Positions 30,923 through 32,000 of a DNA stretch of 32,000 bases are shown here, in pieces (position 1 is the stretch's first letter; each line of letters starts with the position of its first letter). The DNA is from an uncultured delta proteobacterium. Its GTDB lineage: Bacteria; Desulfobacterota; Desulfobacteria; Desulfobacterales; JAHEIW01. The translations under genes were made by a program, and so were the position numbers. The stretch is from contig CAVPNL010000001.1 of the NCBI GenBank assembly GCA_963706575.1, positions 206,311 through 238,310 of the forward strand, written 5' to 3'. A model generated the notes under the pieces. That model had not been told where the DNA came from. It did no database searches and worked only from the letters and a program-made list of their open reading frames with translations.

Positions 30923-32000
30923 TCATTCTAACGCTTCTACTTTTAGCTTTTCTTCTATATCTTTTTTAAGAATCTTTTTATCCGCCTTCCCTGCAGCAGT
31001 CAATGGTATCTCGCTCACAAAAATTGTCCTTTCAGGATAGTGTATTTTAGCAGCCTCCAGCGTCTTTAAGTGGTCAAGAATTTCCTCATGGGAGAGCTTT
31101 GTCCCTTTTACGAGTTTAACATAGGCACAGATTTTCTCACCTAAATCCGGATCCGGCATGCCGACCACGGCCACGTATTCCACCTTTGAATGCGAAGAAA
31201 TGAGATCCTCAACATCGCGGGCCGCAATGTTCTCACCACCCCGGATAATGATATCCTTTATGCGGCCGGTAATCCGTACATTGCCGCCTTCATCCACGGT
31301 TGCGAGATCACCGGTGCGAAAGTAGCCATCAGGTGTAAATTCTTTCTTATTCGCATCCGGATTTTTCAGGTACCCTGTAAAAACTCCCGGGCCCTTGGCG
31401 CTCAACTCTCCCTCGACCCCTGTAGGGCATGGATTCCCATCCTCGTCAAGGGTTACGAATTCATCATAGGGGCAGCAAGGACGGCCGATAGTACCCCGTC
31501 TTACCTCCACAGGGTCTTCCGGACGGGACTGGGACAACGGGCCTTCCACCATACCGAAGGCATTAATATAACGGGCTTTGATTTTTTCTTCCACCGCCGT
31601 CACCAGCTCGGGTGGGCTGTTGGCGGCACCCACGTAAATTTTCTTTAAGGAGCTTAAGTCATAATCAGCCAGGTTCTCGAACTTGACAATCCGGCTAATC
31701 AGTGTGGGAACAAGTCCTGTGCAGGATATTTTTTCATCCTGCACGATTTGGCAGAAATCCCGGGGATAGGTGGAATCCAGCATTACTATGGTGGCACCGT
31801 GGAATACTGGACCGGTTATGCAGACAAGCAATGCCAGGTTGTGCCCCACGGGCGTTGCCACCAGACAGGTGTCGGTGACATTCATATGCCAGGCGCGCGA
31901 TTTGTACTCTATATTGCAGATATAGTCGTTGTGAGTTCTGGGGGCGCCTTTAGGCAGTCCAGTCGTACCGCCGGACGGTAGGATCTGACAGACATCGCGA
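30923..32000 (-). CDS. AMP-forming aryl-CoA ligase, DhbE/EntE-like, 5' end outside the window (paralog of 3398-5173)
   Basis: The frame stays open upstream of the first Met to the window edge, reading RDVCQILPSGGTTGLPKGAPRTHNDYICNIEY. The adenylation core is TGDLATVDEGGNVRITGRIKDIIIRGGENI. Confidence 0.85.
   Translation of the reverse strand, partial: RDVCQILPSGGTTGLPKGAPRTHNDYICNIEYKSRAWHMNVTDTCLVATPVGHNLALLVCITGPVFHGATIVMLDSTYPRDFCQIVQDEKISCTGLVPTLISRIVKFENLADYDLSSLKKIYVGAANSPPELVTAVEEKIKARYINAFGMVEGPLSQSRPEDPVEVRRGTIGRPCCPYDEFVTLDEDGNPCPTGVEGELSAKGPGVFTGYLKNPDANKKEFTPDGYFRTGDLATVDEGGNVRITGRIKDIIIRGGENIAARDVEDLISSHSKVEYVAVVGMPDPDLGEKICAYVKLVKGTKLSHEEILDHLKTLEAAKIHYPERTIFVSEIPLTAAGKADKKILKKDIEEKLKVEALE

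Noticed and set aside
30912-30924. A (GATC)3 palindrome, cgatcgatcgatc, overlapping the ligase stop codon.
   Set aside because: It is short and fully explained as a simple tetranucleotide palindrome at a gene junction. Nothing else supports a regulatory or recombination role.
1-32000. Mobile-element, prophage, defence-system, or selenocysteine/recoding signals.
   Set aside because: I recognised no transposase, integrase, tRNA attachment site, toxin-antitoxin or known defence genes. Neither the Mo/W enzyme ORF nor the AOR ORF needs an in-frame TGA. The HD and Nudix pair lacks the partners expected of nucleotide-signalling defence systems.

Overview
This 32-kb window is almost fully coding. 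I count 28 CDS, two of them truncated by the window edges. I saw no rRNA, tRNA, CRISPR array, transposase or integrase. The gene content reads as an anaerobic aromatic-compound catabolic island from a moderate-GC bacterium. The taxon cannot be fixed from sequence alone; the content resembles sulfate-reducing or syntrophic Desulfobacterota-type degraders, at low confidence.

**Block A (1-7570)**
- A tungsten AOR-type aldehyde oxidoreductase (5' truncated) with a 16-Cys polyferredoxin.
- A B12-domain/radical-SAM-like protein with a split Cys motif.
- A DhbE/EntE-like aryl-CoA ligase (minus strand).
- A FAD oxidoreductase and a flavin-reductase-like protein.

**Block B (7694-17034, all minus strand)**
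- Gene order is PpsA-like, PpsB-like (split PEP-synthase-type phosphotransferase), one UbiD-family (de)carboxylase, an orphan receiver-domain protein, a CoA ligase, a Tm-1-like (UPF0261) ATP-binding protein, an LpdD-like protein and UbiX.
- The Tm-1-like and LpdD-like genes abut (TAA then ATG).

**Block C (17298-23316, plus strand)**
- LysR regulator 1 overlaps an HD-domain gene by 4 bp, followed by a Nudix hydrolase and a NOX/ferric-reductase-like membrane flavocytochrome.
- Then come a YceI-family protein, a paralogous LysR regulator 2, and a YegP (2x DUF1508) protein.

**Block D (23519-32000, all minus strand)**
- Gene order is a second DhbE-like ligase (5' truncated), an OYE-family FMN/[4Fe-4S] reductase lacking the usual C-terminal FAD/NAD(P)H domains, an SDR, an acyl-CoA dehydrogenase, a second flavin-reductase-like protein, a second Tm-1-like protein, and a cytoplasmic acetylene-hydratase-like Mo/W bis-PGD enzyme.

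**Most interesting signals**
- A Pps-like/UbiD/prFMN-toolkit array that lacks the other known phenylphosphate-pathway subunits.
- The recurrent Tm-1-like protein beside flavin accessory genes.
- The non-canonical radical SAM and the acetylene-hydratase-like enzyme.
- Several strikingly phased short repeats and alternative-pairing motifs in intercistronic gaps.

All functional calls rest on motif and family recognition by eye. No database search was run.
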